From Laetmonice hystrix (taxonomy: Eukaryota): 64,000 bases of DNA. The notes beneath the pieces are model-generated. The model made no database searches, was not told the DNA's origin, and saw only the letters and a program-made list of their open reading frames with translations. The DNA is taken from assembly GCA_965235115.1 (NCBI GenBank), contig OZ249436.1, positions 23,066,001-23,130,000 on the forward strand, written 5' to 3'. A program made the translations under genes and the position numbers. Below, piece after piece: positions 61,728 to 64,000 of this stretch. How positions within the stretch are numbered: position 1 is the stretch's first letter; each line of letters begins with the position of its first letter.

Positions 61728-64000
61728 GGTCATATCGCCCAGAAATGTACATTTGGCGAAAAAGAAGGTCAAAATTGAAAAACATGAATATTAATGTATT
61801 TTTTGCCTAAAAGTATTCTATAGGTAATGAGGTTTCTGAGAAATGTCATTATACTGATATCATCCTAACGGTGTAGTTTCTGTAGCAGTTCAAAGTATAG
61901 GTGCCTTTTTTCCGTGACGTCCGAGATAATTTTGGGTGCTGGAATGTATGATCTCAATTATTAGGCTTATTCTCCATTCTATTGATATCATGCTTTGTAA
62001 TTTAATGCTTCAGGTTATCTGTGTTTGAAATTTAGAAACAGAATTCGTGTGGCCCTTAGCAAATCGTTTCTGATGGGCTTTGCAAAAATGAATTTCTTCA
62101 GGAAAAAGGTACCAACCAAAGCATTTTTTCTTCTGTAAATTGACTTTAGTTTTACTATGAATCCCAGCTCTGAAACAATTTTTTTTTACCATGTAACAAT
62201 CAATCAAAAGGTATACTTCTTTGGGAAATTATAAATTTTAGACACCAGACGACAAGTACGATGCCCAGAATTATTTTTTGGTGTGTATCATAAGTCTCGG
62301 ACGTCACTTTTGCATCTCGAACGTCATGCGTCTGTTTGTTCTGAGTACAAATGAACACATATTTATAAGTACAAAACATAGAAAATTGAGGGGATGATTG
62401 CAGTAACGTCCAACCCAACAGTATATTGGTCAAATTGTACCTGTTTGGTGCAAATTATCCTAAGACACAGGTTTGTTCGAGGCTTTGGACATTCTTGCTC
62501 ATTATGTGTGGGTTTGTATGTTATTGCATTGCACTTTGTAAAAAGGCCATTTTGGTGTTAAATACTTCATTTTTTTCCTCAAAACAACAACCATGTGGGT
62601 TTCGATGTTACTGCACCCAGCCCCCAAATCATAGGCCTATGTCTATCGCACCCTATGGACATGTAATCGTGTTTTTTTAGAAGAGAAGCCAATTTGAAAA
62701 TTCATCCAAAAATTTAAGTTTAAGAAACAGTTAACTAATAATATACACACACACCTGGTCCTCACATGCATCTTCAGACATAATTTCACTAACATTGGAG
62801 AACGATTTATATTCAGAATGCAGTTCAATGTGAGAACACGTGACGTCCGAGATTTCGAAATTATATCAAAAATGGTACTAAGATAATGGATTTGGTAAAT
62901 TATTGGTTGTATTCATGTAAAGTATGCCAAAAGTGCTAGAAATATTGGTAAAATTTATTCATGGTACCGAAAGGAACTGAATTGGGAGAGGGTGAAAAGT
63001 GGGCATGACGTCCATAATAAATATCTCGGACGTCTCGCTATAGTGCTTTCTTTTGTCCACAGAAGTAAAAATCATAAGTTTAGATGTTCAAGAACAAGAA
63101 ATAATCTATACAGATACACAGAGGGATCTTGGCCAATACTGATAGAAGAAGAACCTATACACGACTTTTTTCAGCCCTTTTTTCTGTAAATTTGTATACT
63201 TTCGAGACGTCCGAGATTTGCTTAGGCAGCATTTTTACATAAACCTAGGAGACGAACGTGAAAACCACAGTTTCACACAAAAATACAATCTATTTAAGAC
63301 ATGTATAAACGTTTAAAACAGTGTCAATTAGCATGAAATTCAGTCTGCAGTCATTTCAAGAAAAGTATAAACAAAATCTCGAACGTCATCTTTTGACAAA
63401 CAAACAATCGGACCAAAACTTCATCTTCACTTCAAAGGGAATGCACGTCTCATATCCCCCTGCAACGGGCACTGAACACTTGAAGGTCAGAACTACTTTG
63501 TGGAAATCAACATGTTTCCGGACAAAATTGAGTATATATGTTTTCTTGGAAGGAATCAGATGTCCATCTGACGTAATGTTTCACTTTTCGGAAGTAGTAT
63601 AACACTGACATTCAGGATTTCGGGGAAATAAGATGAAGTATTTGCTAAAAACATGCTTAAATCGATCCTCCCGACGTATGCGACGTATCCATGCAGCTGG
63701 AAGTGCCGTCATACCGTTGTAACGACTCGTCAAAAGGGCAAAAGACGTATGCGACGTCTCGGACGTCACGCTTGTCTCGGACGTCATGTTCGGCATTTAC
63801 CCACCTCAATTTTTGTGTTACTGTGAATGGATTGCGTTAATATATGGAGGGTATTTTGCCTTTGAGGTAAAGATTATTTATGTATAGCACGGGGATTATT
63901 AGTTGGAAAAGACTTAATTTATCTAGGTATTATTGTGCATGACGTCCGAGACTTGTTTTAGTATAAAAGTTCTCAAGCGGCGGTAGCTGGGCAAGATTAC
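61728..64000. mobile_element. Unclassified DNA transposon with dispersed TGACGTCCGAGA repeats; may run off the window
   Basis: Starts GGGTCATATCGCCC. GACGTCCGAGA or its inverse occurs about ten times between 61916 and 63952. Confidence 0.5.

Overview
Eukaryotic, repeat-dense window from a bilaterian invertebrate (spliceosomal introns, CTCF motifs, a V-type SINE, Harbinger/hAT/MULE/Crypton-like elements). I can support one intact host gene: 40S ribosomal protein S24 (RPS24), minus strand, 5 exons, CDS 33903->26743, 132 aa, with a TCT/TOP promoter and an AATAAA signal. Most of the rest is nested transposable-element debris and tandem repeats. Most interesting observations: (1) a degenerate LINE ORF1 fused to a C-terminal NADAR (YbiA-like, ADP-ribose-processing) domain at 23088-24137; (2) about 25 copies of TAGGCCTA, with paralog comparison showing TA->TAGGCCTA/TAGCCTA micro-insertions that look like transposon excision footprints; (3) a 4.96-kb element with CAC termini, 52-bp TIRs and a 5-bp TSD (Transib/RAG-like signature) that holds a nested MULE; (4) a 4-copy Harbinger array whose middle copies are chimeras, as expected from unequal crossing-over; (5) a head-to-tail Crypton-like dimer; (6) a possible tandem acceptor giving RPS24 a PKR C-terminus resembling the vertebrate PKE isoform. 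Coordinates were read by eye; family assignments rest on remembered motifs, not database searches.
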